Shown here one piece after another: positions 9,201 to 18,213 of a stretch of DNA of 32,000 bases. Below the pieces are notes generated by a model. That model saw nothing but the letters and a program-made list of their open reading frames with translations, did no database searches and was not told the origin of the DNA. The DNA is taken from the NCBI RefSeq assembly GCF_000019605.1, contig NC_010482.1, positions 1,200,001 through 1,232,000 of the forward strand, in the 5' to 3' direction. Origin of the DNA: Candidatus Korarchaeum cryptofilum OPF8 (GTDB taxonomy: Archaea; Korarchaeota; Korarchaeia; Korarchaeales; Korarchaeaceae). The first letter of the stretch is position 1. Each line of letters starts with the position of its first letter. A program made the translations under genes and the position numbers.

Positions 9201-9254
9201 TATGGAGATCTTGATGACGACAATTGTCGTAGAATGATAATGAGAGGGTGAGAT

Positions 9255-11675
9255 GTGAGGAGCATGATGAGGAAACTGCTGCCACTGCTGTTGATCCTGT
9301 TGCTATATAGTCAAGCTCCGGTCTCAGCGGATGGTATAAGGTATGGGGGAGATGCTATAGTACTTATTGGGAGCGGCCCCGAATCCATCAGTAAGCTTTG
9401 TTCAGTGAGACTCCTGAGTCTCATTAGCCCCAACGGGACCTCACCTCTCATCGTCCAGAATAGCACTTTCAATAGAGTGGCATTCAACGGGACTCATCTG
9501 AGTTTCGTTTTAGAGAAAAACTCCACAGTCACCCTGATCAAGGATTATGGAGTGGCCCTACTTCTCCCATTCTTGATCAGAGTTGAGAGTGGAAAGATAG
9601 TTGAGGTCAATTACTTGAGCGATAATAGTAGCTTCGGGAACTTCGAGTTAATCGAGGCGAAGAAAGGACAGAGTGCGAGGATATCCATAAATGGTGAGAT
9701 AATAGAGGGCCCATGGATTCCGGGGTTAGAGGGATGGTTATTCCGTAGGGAATGGAGCTCCTATATGGAGCCATCCTATTTGCTTCTTTTCAACAACGGG
9801 ACCTATATCGCTTTCGGAGGCATAGCAAGATCTTATACAAATTTCGTTACCTTAGGGAATGTCAGCCTTAGATATTCGAGAGCTGAATTATCTCTCTCCA
9901 ATGACTCCGTTTTCCTCAGGGCCTTTGGACCCTCTATTAAGGCGAGGAAGGTCGACGCAGTAGGCCCGGAGGAAGGCTTCTTCATCTATGGCCGCGATAA
10001 CATGTCCCTAGTTGAGGTTAAATGTTCAGGTCCATCAAGCTTCACTGTAATAGATCCAAAATATTGTAATACTTGCGAATTTAATGGGAATGAATTTTAC
10101 TTTGACTCGAACTTCAATGTCCAACTCAATGTCGATTCGCCCAGCGATGTGATGAGCGGAAGCTCATTCCGGATCCTCGTAGCTCCACCTCCCGGATCAA
10201 GGGAGATCTCAATAGTCTTCGGTAATTCCTCGATCGTCTTGAGGAACATCAGTATACCTATGAGGATTGAAATGAGAGCCCCCACGATTGAAAGAGAAGT
10301 TTTAAATGACTTATTCGTTACTGTAAAGACGAATGATGGTATCTTCGGATTGAAGAGAGGAATAAAGATCCTGTCAACTTACACTGCCCAGCTCCTGAAT
10401 TCGACTGAAGTTTACCTCCTGGGCGGGAGGGGATCTATCTCCATAAAGGTTTACAACTTTGGAGACCTATCTTCGCAAATTTCTAGTGTCAGAATGGATC
10501 TACTGGGAAGTAAATCTGGAAATATTCCGCTTAATTTTCAAGTTTATTATCAGATACCTCCAAAATCGTCAACTATCATAAATCTCTCCTTGGACATCCC
10601 GGTCGGGGAGTATCTAGGGAACATCCTGATGAACATAAGCGATTCGATGAATAGGATCTACTCCCTATCCTTAGAGAACATCAAGATAATTTCGACCCCA
10701 GAGATTCCATTATCCATGTTGACATTCATATCCCCGGAGATCCCGAATGTCGGGGATGATGTCAAGCTCTCCCTCAGTTTAAGCTCTGCGATCCCATTGG
10801 AGAAGCTACTAGTGAACGTCAGCTCAACTGGAATGGATCCCATTTCAGATACCTCTAAGTTCCTGCTGAACATAAGCGAGGGGGAGATCATAAGATTGGA
10901 GTTCTCCTTCAGGGCTAAGAGCGTGGGGCCATCCCAGATACTGATATCCGCTTACTACCTACCCAAGGGTTATTCGACCTATAGGACCGCGGTCAAGGAG
11001 GTTAAGATACCCATCGGTAACGTGGAGGGTATAGTCTATGCGGAGGCCAATGAGACGAATGTGAAAGTGGGTGAAAGCATCGAATTGAGGGTGAGAGTTG
11101 AGGGTGTGAGCGGTGAAGTCACGATAGATTTTCCCAAGGGTACCTTCATAGTTGAATCGCAAGGAGCTGTGAGGGGCAATAAGGTGAGTTTACTGGCCCC
11201 AGCTGATGTGAAGATTGTATTGAGCTTCAACACGACCGGTAATTTCACTTTACCCAGTTTCGCGATATTCAACGGGACCAGGGCCCTGCCCATAAATGCC
11301 GTGCATGTGAATGTGGTGGGGGGAGCGATAAATGAGGAGGAGAGGTCCCTGAGAGCGAAGTTAGCTGAGCTCAATAGGAGATATAAGACCTTAACTGAGG
11401 CATCGGGTAGCCTGGAATCTTCTGATCGCGAGCTCTTAGATAAGGTTAGCGATTTATTGAGGGAAAGCGAGAATCTTATCGATAAAGGGATGTATTCAGA
11501 TGCTGAGAGATCGTTGAGAGAGGCTGAGAGCATCCTTTCAAGCTTAGAAGAGAGGGCCTACGGATATATGAGTGGCTTAATCAACTTTCTGATGTACTTC
11601 ATAATAGGAGCTGGCTTCTCATCCCTTCTGCTCATCTATAGAAGACTGGGGAAGAGGCGTAAAATTTGGAAGTAG
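9255..11675 (+). CDS. large secreted, membrane-anchored surface glycoprotein (S-layer/CARDB-like, family not recognised)
   Basis: Signal peptide (MRKLLPLLLILLLYSQAPVSA), about 20 N-x-S/T sequons, a beta-rich body, a C-terminal coiled coil (EERSLRAKLAELNRRYKTL...), then a TM helix plus basic tail (FIIGAGFSSLLLIYRRLGKRRK). The start may be ATG 9264 or 9267 instead of GTG 9255. Confidence 0.6.
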   Translation: MRSMMRKLLPLLLILLLYSQAPVSADGIRYGGDAIVLIGSGPESISKLCSVRLLSLISPNGTSPLIVQNSTFNRVAFNGTHLSFVLEKNSTVTLIKDYGVALLLPFLIRVESGKIVEVNYLSDNSSFGNFELIEAKKGQSARISINGEIIEGPWIPGLEGWLFRREWSSYMEPSYLLLFNNGTYIAFGGIARSYTNFVTLGNVSLRYSRAELSLSNDSVFLRAFGPSIKARKVDAVGPEEGFFIYGRDNMSLVEVKCSGPSSFTVIDPKYCNTCEFNGNEFYFDSNFNVQLNVDSPSDVMSGSSFRILVAPPPGSREISIVFGNSSIVLRNISIPMRIEMRAPTIEREVLNDLFVTVKTNDGIFGLKRGIKILSTYTAQLLNSTEVYLLGGRGSISIKVYNFGDLSSQISSVRMDLLGSKSGNIPLNFQVYYQIPPKSSTIINLSLDIPVGEYLGNILMNISDSMNRIYSLSLENIKIISTPEIPLSMLTFISPEIPNVGDDVKLSLSLSSAIPLEKLLVNVSSTGMDPISDTSKFLLNISEGEIIRLEFSFRAKSVGPSQILISAYYLPKGYSTYRTAVKEVKIPIGNVEGIVYAEANETNVKVGESIELRVRVEGVSGEVTIDFPKGTFIVESQGAVRGNKVSLLAPADVKIVLSFNTTGNFTLPSFAIFNGTRALPINAVHVNVVGGAINEEERSLRAKLAELNRRYKTLTEASGSLESSDRELLDKVSDLLRESENLIDKGMYSDAERSLREAESILSSLEERAYGYMSGLINFLMYFIIGAGFSSLLLIYRRLGKRRKIWK

Positions 11676-12712
11676 AGGGCTGGACTAAGAGAGCAGCTAT
11701 CACTCTAGAGGAGTCCCTTAAGAACAGTGAGAGAGTCGCGATAATATTACCACCAACGCCCGATGGGATAGCTTCCTCCGTTATACTCTCCGAATTATGT
11801 TCTCAGCTCGGTGTTGACTCCGAATTTGTTGTCTCCCTTCCAGAGACACTCCTAGATGCAATCGAGCGCTTAATAGGGAAGTTCGATCATTTGATCTTTT
11901 TGGAGCTCCCGCCTCATGGTCCCGGGCCTATCTCCGTCGCTAAGGAGCTATTCAAGGGATTAATTGCTATTGATCATGGATCTTCGGATCTACCGCGGGA
12001 TATCCTCAGAGTGGGATTCGACTATGGGGGTATCTGCACTAGCCTCTTGCTCTACATGATCTCCTCACAGATCGAGAGGGATAATGAGTACCTCTCATGG
12101 GTAGCGGTATCCGGCTTCAGAAATAAGTGCACCTCTAAGATATGCGAATCTGTAAAAGAGAGATCCCAGCTTTACTGGCCTGACCTAATTGAAGAGGCAA
12201 GTGTGGACCTCATCCAAAGGATGTTATCAGCGGCATCCTTCGAGGGGGAGGAATGGATAATGTTAGCTATCTCCTCCCTCCAGGAGTCAGCGGAAGATCC
12301 TTGGTGGTTCATAAGAGGTAGCTCTGTAACTGCGAGCGTATTGAGATCTAAGGTGCCTGAAGTCGAGGCTAAGGTCAGAGAATCCTTAAGTGAGCCATTC
12401 CTCCTCGATGGTTCAGTCGGCATCTGGGAAGTCGATGAGCCTCATCAAAGATTTGTGCTCTCAATAGAGGCCAGGAGGTTCGTAGATGCTGCAATGACAT
12501 TCTTTTACGATCCCCCGCTTGGCCTCGTTTATATCTCAGCCCCGCAAGATATCGACCTACACTCCGAGGCCATTGAATTACTCAAGGGGGAGCCGGAATG
12601 GTCGGCTTTCGGGGGGAAGGGTTTCCTATCGATGATAGTAGACTCTGAAAGGTTGATTTCTGTGCTCATGAGCTTCAAGGATAGGTTAAATGGTATATTG
12701 GGAAGGGCCTGA
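11666..12712 (+). CDS. DHH/RecJ-superfamily-like protein with degenerate catalytic motifs (possible Cdc45/RecJdbh-type)
   Basis: AIILPPTPDGIASSVIL resembles the DHH motif I/II region but lacks the His and second Asp. HLIFLELPP stands where a motif-II Asp is expected. IAIDHGSSD stands in place of DHH. TTG start overlaps the upstream stop by 10 nt; there is no in-frame ATG before these motifs. Confidence 0.4.
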   Translation: MEVEGWTKRAAITLEESLKNSERVAIILPPTPDGIASSVILSELCSQLGVDSEFVVSLPETLLDAIERLIGKFDHLIFLELPPHGPGPISVAKELFKGLIAIDHGSSDLPRDILRVGFDYGGICTSLLLYMISSQIERDNEYLSWVAVSGFRNKCTSKICESVKERSQLYWPDLIEEASVDLIQRMLSAASFEGEEWIMLAISSLQESAEDPWWFIRGSSVTASVLRSKVPEVEAKVRESLSEPFLLDGSVGIWEVDEPHQRFVLSIEARRFVDAAMTFFYDPPLGLVYISAPQDIDLHSEAIELLKGEPEWSAFGGKGFLSMIVDSERLISVLMSFKDRLNGILGRA

Positions 12713-12770
12713 AAACATTATATCTTCTTGGGCGGTGTCCTGCTGGGATGCTCTGGGAGGATGAGATGGT

Positions 12771-13100
12771 TTGCCGATTAGGGTGGCCGTCGCCACGGAT
12801 GATGGTAAGAGCTTATATGATAAGCTCTTCCATAGTGCAAAATTCTTCGCAATATATGACATTTTAGGGAAGAGTCCTACTAAGGTAGAGATGAGAGTCA
12901 ACACAAGGAGAGAGAGTAAGAGCGCTGCCTCCGTCCTCGAGATATTGAGGGATTGCGAGGTCCTCATCGCCAAGAGATTCGACTCAAAACTGAAGGAACT
13001 AGTGGAGGCTAGAGGAATAATAACGGTTGAAACTACCAAGGATGACGTTGAATCTGCTGTACTCGAGGTCGCGGAGAACATATCAAGGCTAAGCGAATGA
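12771..13100 (+). CDS. NifX/NifB-like (dinitrogenase FeMo-cofactor biosynthesis domain family) small protein
   Basis: RVAVATDDGKSLYDKLFHSAKFFAIYDI ... RDCEVLIAKRFDSKLKELVEARGIITV matches the pattern of this domain family. TTG start; GTG 12783 is an alternative. Confidence 0.6.
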   Translation: MPIRVAVATDDGKSLYDKLFHSAKFFAIYDILGKSPTKVEMRVNTRRESKSAASVLEILRDCEVLIAKRFDSKLKELVEARGIITVETTKDDVESAVLEVAENISRLSE

Positions 13101-13184
13101 TGTTAATTCTGGATTCCGACGAATCCTCCTATAGGAGAGGGACTCATAGCTACTGAATGTTGTCCAGATTCCGGAGGTTCATCG

Positions 13185-13934
13185 ATGAACGCATCCATTA
13201 GGAGCGTTGATTGGAAGGAGAGGGAGATCTTCTCGGGATTGAGGGTCCCCTCAGATGCTCCAGTGATGGTGAGGATAGATGGCTGGAGGTTTCACAAGGT
13301 AGCGGATGAGCTCGGATTAGAGAGGCCATTCGATCGTAGATTAATAGAAGCGCTTATTCAGGCCCCTCTCTCTTTGATGAGGATGGGATTCCCTTTAGCA
13401 TTATCCTTCGCTTTCTCTGATGAGATCTCATTCCTCATATATCCCCCGATCCCATGGAGCGGGAGGGTTGAGAAACTTATAAGTGTGATTCCTTCACATT
13501 CTTCGGCTATTGTTTCAATGTTTTTAAACTATCCAGTGTGCTTTGATGCTAGAATAATCATCTTGAGGGATTTAGATGAGATCCTCGGCTACCTTAGCTG
13601 GAGGCAATCCGAGGCGTGGAGGAATGCCCTCAATTCTTACGCACTATTCGCCCTAGAGAGGTCTGGGATGAATAGAGAGGACGCTGTCAAGGAACTGAGG
13701 AATAGGAAAGCTGATAGTCTGCATGATATCATCTTCACTAAATTGGGGATAAACATCGCTACAGTACCCTCCTGGCAGAGGAGGGGAGTGATCGTCCGGA
13801 AGAGATACGAGGAAAAACATTGTGAATCGGGAAAGGTTGTTAGAAGAGTTCCTGAAGTCGATTGGGATATCCCCCTATTTTCGACACCCGAGGGGAGGGA
13901 TTACTTACTGGAAGCCCTCAGGGCACTCGAGTGA
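13185..13934 (+). CDS. thg1: Thg1-like protein (tRNA-His guanylyltransferase / 3'-5' polymerase family)
   Basis: VMVRIDGWRFHK, FAFSDEISFL and FDARIIILRDLDEILGYLSWRQSEAWRNALN are collinear with the Thg1 catalytic core (RxDGxxFHxF, SDExSF, YLxWRQ). Confidence 0.85.
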   Translation: MNASIRSVDWKEREIFSGLRVPSDAPVMVRIDGWRFHKVADELGLERPFDRRLIEALIQAPLSLMRMGFPLALSFAFSDEISFLIYPPIPWSGRVEKLISVIPSHSSAIVSMFLNYPVCFDARIIILRDLDEILGYLSWRQSEAWRNALNSYALFALERSGMNREDAVKELRNRKADSLHDIIFTKLGINIATVPSWQRRGVIVRKRYEEKHCESGKVVRRVPEVDWDIPLFSTPEGRDYLLEALRALE

Positions 13935-13973
13935 TATTTTTAGTATCTATATGGAGGAGCGGTAGGTGGTGAT

Positions 13974-14477
13974 ATGCTCATAGGTGTGATTTCAGACTCT
14001 CACGATGATATAGAGTCCATTGAGAGAGCTCTGGAGATCTTTCAGAGAATAGGTGTTGATGAGGTGATCCATCTGGGCGATCTTATCTCACCATTTGCGT
14101 TAGTCCCAATTCTAAACTCGGGAATACCGTTCAGGATCCTCAGGGGTAACAACGATTCGGAAGTGCTGGTGGCGCTCATGGTCAGCGAGGGAGGTATCTA
14201 TCATCCCAGCCCGGTTGAGCTCGAAATCAATGGAAAGAAATTACTGATTTTCCACGGATTCGGAGAAAAAGATCTGACGAAATTTGTCGCGATATCGCTA
14301 GCTAGAAGCGGGAGATTCGATTTCGTACTTTATGGACATACTCACGAGGTCCATGTGGAGGAAGTGAACGGGACCTTCGTCGTGAACCCCGGAGAGGCCT
14401 GCGGTAAGCTAACTGGGAGAAGAACTGTTGCTACTATAGACACTGAAGAGAAAAAAATTGAGATATTTGACTTATAG
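13974..14477 (+). CDS. YfcE/MJ0936-type metallophosphoesterase
   Basis: Carries the calcineurin-like metallophosphoesterase motifs: ISDSHDD, HLGDLISP, GNNDSE, FHGF and GHTHE. Confidence 0.8.
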   Translation: MLIGVISDSHDDIESIERALEIFQRIGVDEVIHLGDLISPFALVPILNSGIPFRILRGNNDSEVLVALMVSEGGIYHPSPVELEINGKKLLIFHGFGEKDLTKFVAISLARSGRFDFVLYGHTHEVHVEEVNGTFVVNPGEACGKLTGRRTVATIDTEEKKIEIFDL

Positions 14478-15641
14478 GGATGAAATAAATTCCCTTATTC
14501 TCCTCATTCCCTCTCTTATATCTTCCATAGGTCCAGCGAAAGAGATCCTCAAGTATCCCTCACCGGCATCTCCGAAAGCAGTTCCAGAGAGAAGAGCTAC
14601 TCCAGCTTCACGTAAAAGTCTATCCGCGAGCTCTTCTGATGATAGTCCTGTTCCTCTTATGTTTGGAAATGCATAGAATGTTCCCGCTGGCTTGAGCATA
14701 CTGAATCCCTTTATCCTAGATATTTCGTCGTATATAGCATCCCTCTTCCTCTCGTAATCCCTGATCATTTCATACACTTCCTCCTGAGGTCCCCTTATGG
14801 CATGTATAGCTGCTACCTGAGCGAAATGCGCGGGACAGGAAGATGTATTGAGCTGCACTTGAGCTATTTTATCCACGAACTCCTTCTTTCCGACCGCATA
14901 TCCTAATCTGTAGCCTGTCATAGCCCACGTCTTGCTGAACCCACTTATCATTATAGAGACCTCCTCAGCCCCTGGTATCGATAGTATGCTCTCGTGCTTC
15001 CTACCGTCGAATATTATATCCTCGTATATCTCATCCGATATCACTAAGATATCCCTCTCCCTCGCTAGTTTAACTATCTCCTCCAAATCTCTCCTACCGT
15101 AGACAGCCCCGGTCGGGTTGGAGGGTGTGTTTATCACTATGGCCTTAGTCCTGCTCGAAACCTCCTTCATTATGTCATCTATGCTTGGAGAGAAGCCCCT
15201 CTCCTCTTTCAGGACTACGGGTCTCACAACTCCTCCTATAAACTTAGTCACGCTTTCATAAGTCGGATAAGCTGGCATTGGGATTATCACTTCATCTCCC
15301 GGATCTATGAATGACATTAGAGCACCGAATATCGCGAGTTTAGCACCTGTGGTAACTACGACATTCTCAGGCTTAATTTCTATACCCCTAGTTTCGGAAA
15401 CTCTCTCAGCTATAGCTTCCCTCAACTCATAAATTCCCGCCGATGGAGTGTATTTTGTCATACCATCTTCTATTGCCTTCTTAGTCGCCTCAATCACATG
15501 TTTAGGTGGATTATATCCCGGCTCCCCTATTTCCAGATGTACTATATGCTTTCCCTCTCTCTCCAGCTCCCTAGCCTTCGCTAGGACTATAAAAGCCCCC
15601 TCAACACCCAGACTGCTCATCCTAGATGCGAACCTGGGCAC
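14472..15641 (-). CDS. class I PLP-dependent aminotransferase (aspartate aminotransferase-like)
   Basis: GEPGYNPP, NPSNPTG and SGFSKTWAMTGYRLGY (the PLP-Lys motif). GTG start preceded by GGAGGGAT-N3; ATG 15620 is an alternative. Confidence 0.85.
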   Translation of the reverse strand: MPRFASRMSSLGVEGAFIVLAKARELEREGKHIVHLEIGEPGYNPPKHVIEATKKAIEDGMTKYTPSAGIYELREAIAERVSETRGIEIKPENVVVTTGAKLAIFGALMSFIDPGDEVIIPMPAYPTYESVTKFIGGVVRPVVLKEERGFSPSIDDIMKEVSSRTKAIVINTPSNPTGAVYGRRDLEEIVKLARERDILVISDEIYEDIIFDGRKHESILSIPGAEEVSIMISGFSKTWAMTGYRLGYAVGKKEFVDKIAQVQLNTSSCPAHFAQVAAIHAIRGPQEEVYEMIRDYERKRDAIYDEISRIKGFSMLKPAGTFYAFPNIRGTGLSSEELADRLLREAGVALLSGTAFGDAGEGYLRISFAGPMEDIREGMRRIREFISSL

Positions 15642-15668
15642 GGGATCCCTCCGTATCCTCTCACATAT

Positions 15669-16673
15669 TTAATTAAAACTTTTGCTCGGGCTCGGGGAAG
15701 AGAGCAGGACCACATAAGCTAAGAGCCCGAAGAAAAGTTCATTTAAGAATACAGTTATCGTAGATGATGTTAGTGTTATCGCGAGCGCTTCCCCGCTGCT
15801 CAGTCCTATTATCTTCAATAGCGCTGCCATCGCCCACTCCCTAACTCCCATATTCCCGGGGATCCCTATAGGGATCAGGATGAGTATTATGGATACTGAG
15901 TAGATGAGTACCCCCAAGAGGGGGTCCAGATTATGGCCTAATGCGTGAAAATAGATGAAGATGGGGAGCATATCGAAGAACCAGTTGAGGAAAGCACAAG
16001 CCATTGTGATTGAGAGGAGGGGCTTATTAGATATCAAATACTTGAAGGAGGAGACATATTCCTTTGCCATCTTCCTGCTATTCTCCAAGTTCCTTTTAAG
16101 GACCCTCTCCACTATTGAGATCGCTCTCTCTATGTAATCCTCCCTCAGGCTGATCTCGTATATTATGTAGAATGTCAGTGTCAGGAGTATTATTGGCAGT
16201 AATATAACAGTTGCATCACCCTTGAAAACGAAACTCATTAAATAGGAGAAGCCAAGAGTTACGCTGACTATGAAAGGGACTATCATGACTATTCTATGAA
16301 CTATTACTGACGAGAGCGCTTCAGCCGGGCTTATACCATTTCTCTTACTCACTAGATATACTCTAGCTATTTCTCCACTTGTAGAAGCCGTTGGAATCAG
16401 TAAGTTCACGAAGAGGCTTACCCATCCTATCAGGAAGGTCTCCCTGAATGATACTCTCCTCCCCAAGAGGAAATACCATCCTAAGATATAGAAGAGGACT
16501 CCTATGTGTATCGAAGCGAAAGCCAAGATTATCGGTACTATGCCGATCGCAGCTATCCTTTCCGCAGCGGATTTGAAGTCAAAGGTGATGAGGAGAGGGA
16601 TCGTCAAAGATAGTCCTACTAGGATGAGTATGACATTTTTTCTCCCAATCCTCGGGATTTCCTGATTCTCCAT
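15669..16673 (-). CDS. polytopic membrane protein, UPF0104 / lysyl-PG-synthase-TM (flippase-like) family
   Basis: About 8 predicted TM helices. The pattern SFRETFLIGWVSLFVNLLIPTASTSGEIARVYLVSKRNGIS is typical of the family. Confidence 0.5.
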   Translation of the reverse strand: MENQEIPRIGRKNVILILVGLSLTIPLLITFDFKSAAERIAAIGIVPIILAFASIHIGVLFYILGWYFLLGRRVSFRETFLIGWVSLFVNLLIPTASTSGEIARVYLVSKRNGISPAEALSSVIVHRIVMIVPFIVSVTLGFSYLMSFVFKGDATVILLPIILLTLTFYIIYEISLREDYIERAISIVERVLKRNLENSRKMAKEYVSSFKYLISNKPLLSITMACAFLNWFFDMLPIFIYFHALGHNLDPLLGVLIYSVSIILILIPIGIPGNMGVREWAMAALLKIIGLSSGEALAITLTSSTITVFLNELFFGLLAYVVLLSSPSPSKSFN

Positions 16674-16683
16674 CCTATCACCA

Positions 16684-17589
16684 TCATTTCCCGTAGAATA
16701 TTAGTTTCATCGTCTGTATCTCATCCCAAGTCGGCAGGCTATCTACGCCACTTGGCCTCGAGACCTTTATCGTTGATGCGGCGTTAGCGAGCTTCAAGCA
16801 ATCATCTATCGAGAATCCTCTCCTCCTGGCCTTGAGATATACGGCTGCGAATATATCGCCAGCCCCAGTAGTATCGACCACTTTGACTGGAATTGCATCG
16901 ACGCGATGAGTCTCGCCATCTACATAAGCTAGGGAGCCCTTGGATCCCATTTTTATCACTATTTCCTTAGTTCCTTCTTTAGCTATTTTGATAGCACAAT
17001 CTACAGGATCTCTCTCCCCTGATAGCTCTTGAGCCTCTTTCTCGTTCAGGAAAATTTTTCCAGCCTTTCCGAGGAGCGGCCAAATCTTACGCTTGTACTT
17101 CAATATCATCCTCATCCCGGGGTCCCAAGAGGCCTCCCTTATCTCTAAGACGGATTCCGCTATCTCGGGCCTCACAGTCGCCATGTGGACTTCATCAGCT
17201 GAGGATATGAGTTCCCTCCTCTCCAAGATATCTGAGGGAGATAGCTCCTCATTTGCTCCTGAGCTCTGTATCATCCTCCTATCCTCACCTAGAACGTTCA
17301 GTATGAGGACGAGGCCTGTCCTAACGCCTTCGGCTATTTTTATGTAAGATGTGTTCACATTTGCTCTCCTCAATGACTCCAAGTAAAATTTACCGAGTTC
17401 ATCATTCCCAAGCGACGCGATTATGTAGGACTCGATGCCGATCTTAGCTGCTGCCATAGCGAAGTTGGAGGCCGCCCCTCCAGAACTCATAGTGATAGCT
17501 AGAGCATCTATTGATTCATCCTGTCCAGGTATGGCCTCTAAGAATACCTTTATGTCGACATTCGCATTGCCTATAGCTACGAACTTCAT
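16684..17589 (-). CDS. PfkB-family (ribokinase-like) sugar/nucleoside kinase
   Basis: MKFVAIGNANVDI, GGAASNFA and the anion-hole motif DTTGAGDIFAA. Its ATG overlaps the tmk stop (ATGA). Confidence 0.8.
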   Translation of the reverse strand: MKFVAIGNANVDIKVFLEAIPGQDESIDALAITMSSGGAASNFAMAAAKIGIESYIIASLGNDELGKFYLESLRRANVNTSYIKIAEGVRTGLVLILNVLGEDRRMIQSSGANEELSPSDILERRELISSADEVHMATVRPEIAESVLEIREASWDPGMRMILKYKRKIWPLLGKAGKIFLNEKEAQELSGERDPVDCAIKIAKEGTKEIVIKMGSKGSLAYVDGETHRVDAIPVKVVDTTGAGDIFAAVYLKARRRGFSIDDCLKLANAASTIKVSRPSGVDSLPTWDEIQTMKLIFYGK

Positions 17590-18161
17590 CCTCTCTCTCC
17601 CAATTTGTTGAGCAATATATTAAGGATTTCCTCCGAGATCTCCTCTTCCTCCCTCCCGGCATCTATTAGATATGTTATAGAACTCCAGGGCTCCACCCTG
17701 ATGAGCTTAAGATAATTTTCTCTCACGATGCTCAGGAAATCTAATGAATGATATATTTCCTTATCCTCAATTCTGCTGATAGCAACATCGGGACTTATAT
17801 CGAGGTAAAAAACTATATCCGGTAATCTGACCCATCTATTGAGCTCATTTATCCATTGAATGGGGAGGAAAGCTCCCTGGTACGCTAGCGATGATAGCAG
17901 ATACCTGTCCAGGATTATTATTCCATCTACCTTCAAGCTCCTAATATGCTCGATCCTATCCGCCGCGAAGAGAAGGGCTATCGTCCTCTGATCAAGCTCT
18001 ATTTCCCCTTTAAGAGCCTTCTTCAATATCTTTCCTATTTCTCCATCAGTGGGCTCCTTAGTGTAAATTGCTCTCATACCGAGCTCCATTAGCTTATCGA
18101 GCAACCTCCTGCTCTGGGTTGTCTTTCCGGCCCCATCTATCCCCTCGAATGCTACTAACAT
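17586..18161 (-). CDS. tmk: thymidylate kinase
   Basis: P-loop FEGIDGAGKTTQ, DRY-type motif ILDRYLLSSLAYQ, and typical length (191 aa). Confidence 0.88.
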   Translation of the reverse strand: MLVAFEGIDGAGKTTQSRRLLDKLMELGMRAIYTKEPTDGEIGKILKKALKGEIELDQRTIALLFAADRIEHIRSLKVDGIIILDRYLLSSLAYQGAFLPIQWINELNRWVRLPDIVFYLDISPDVAISRIEDKEIYHSLDFLSIVRENYLKLIRVEPWSSITYLIDAGREEEEISEEILNILLNKLGERG

Positions 18162-18179
18162 CGAGCCCTACACCACCGC

Positions 18180-18190
18180 TTAATTTTTAA
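18180..18190. promoter_or_regulatory. A/T-rich TATA-like element shared by divergent tmk and prs
   Basis: TTAATTTTTAA is centred 24 nt from the tmk ATG and 29 nt from the prs ATG. Both mRNAs would be (near-)leaderless. Confidence 0.4.
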
Positions 18191-18213
18191 CTGCTGAGCA
18201 TCGAGTAGCCTAT

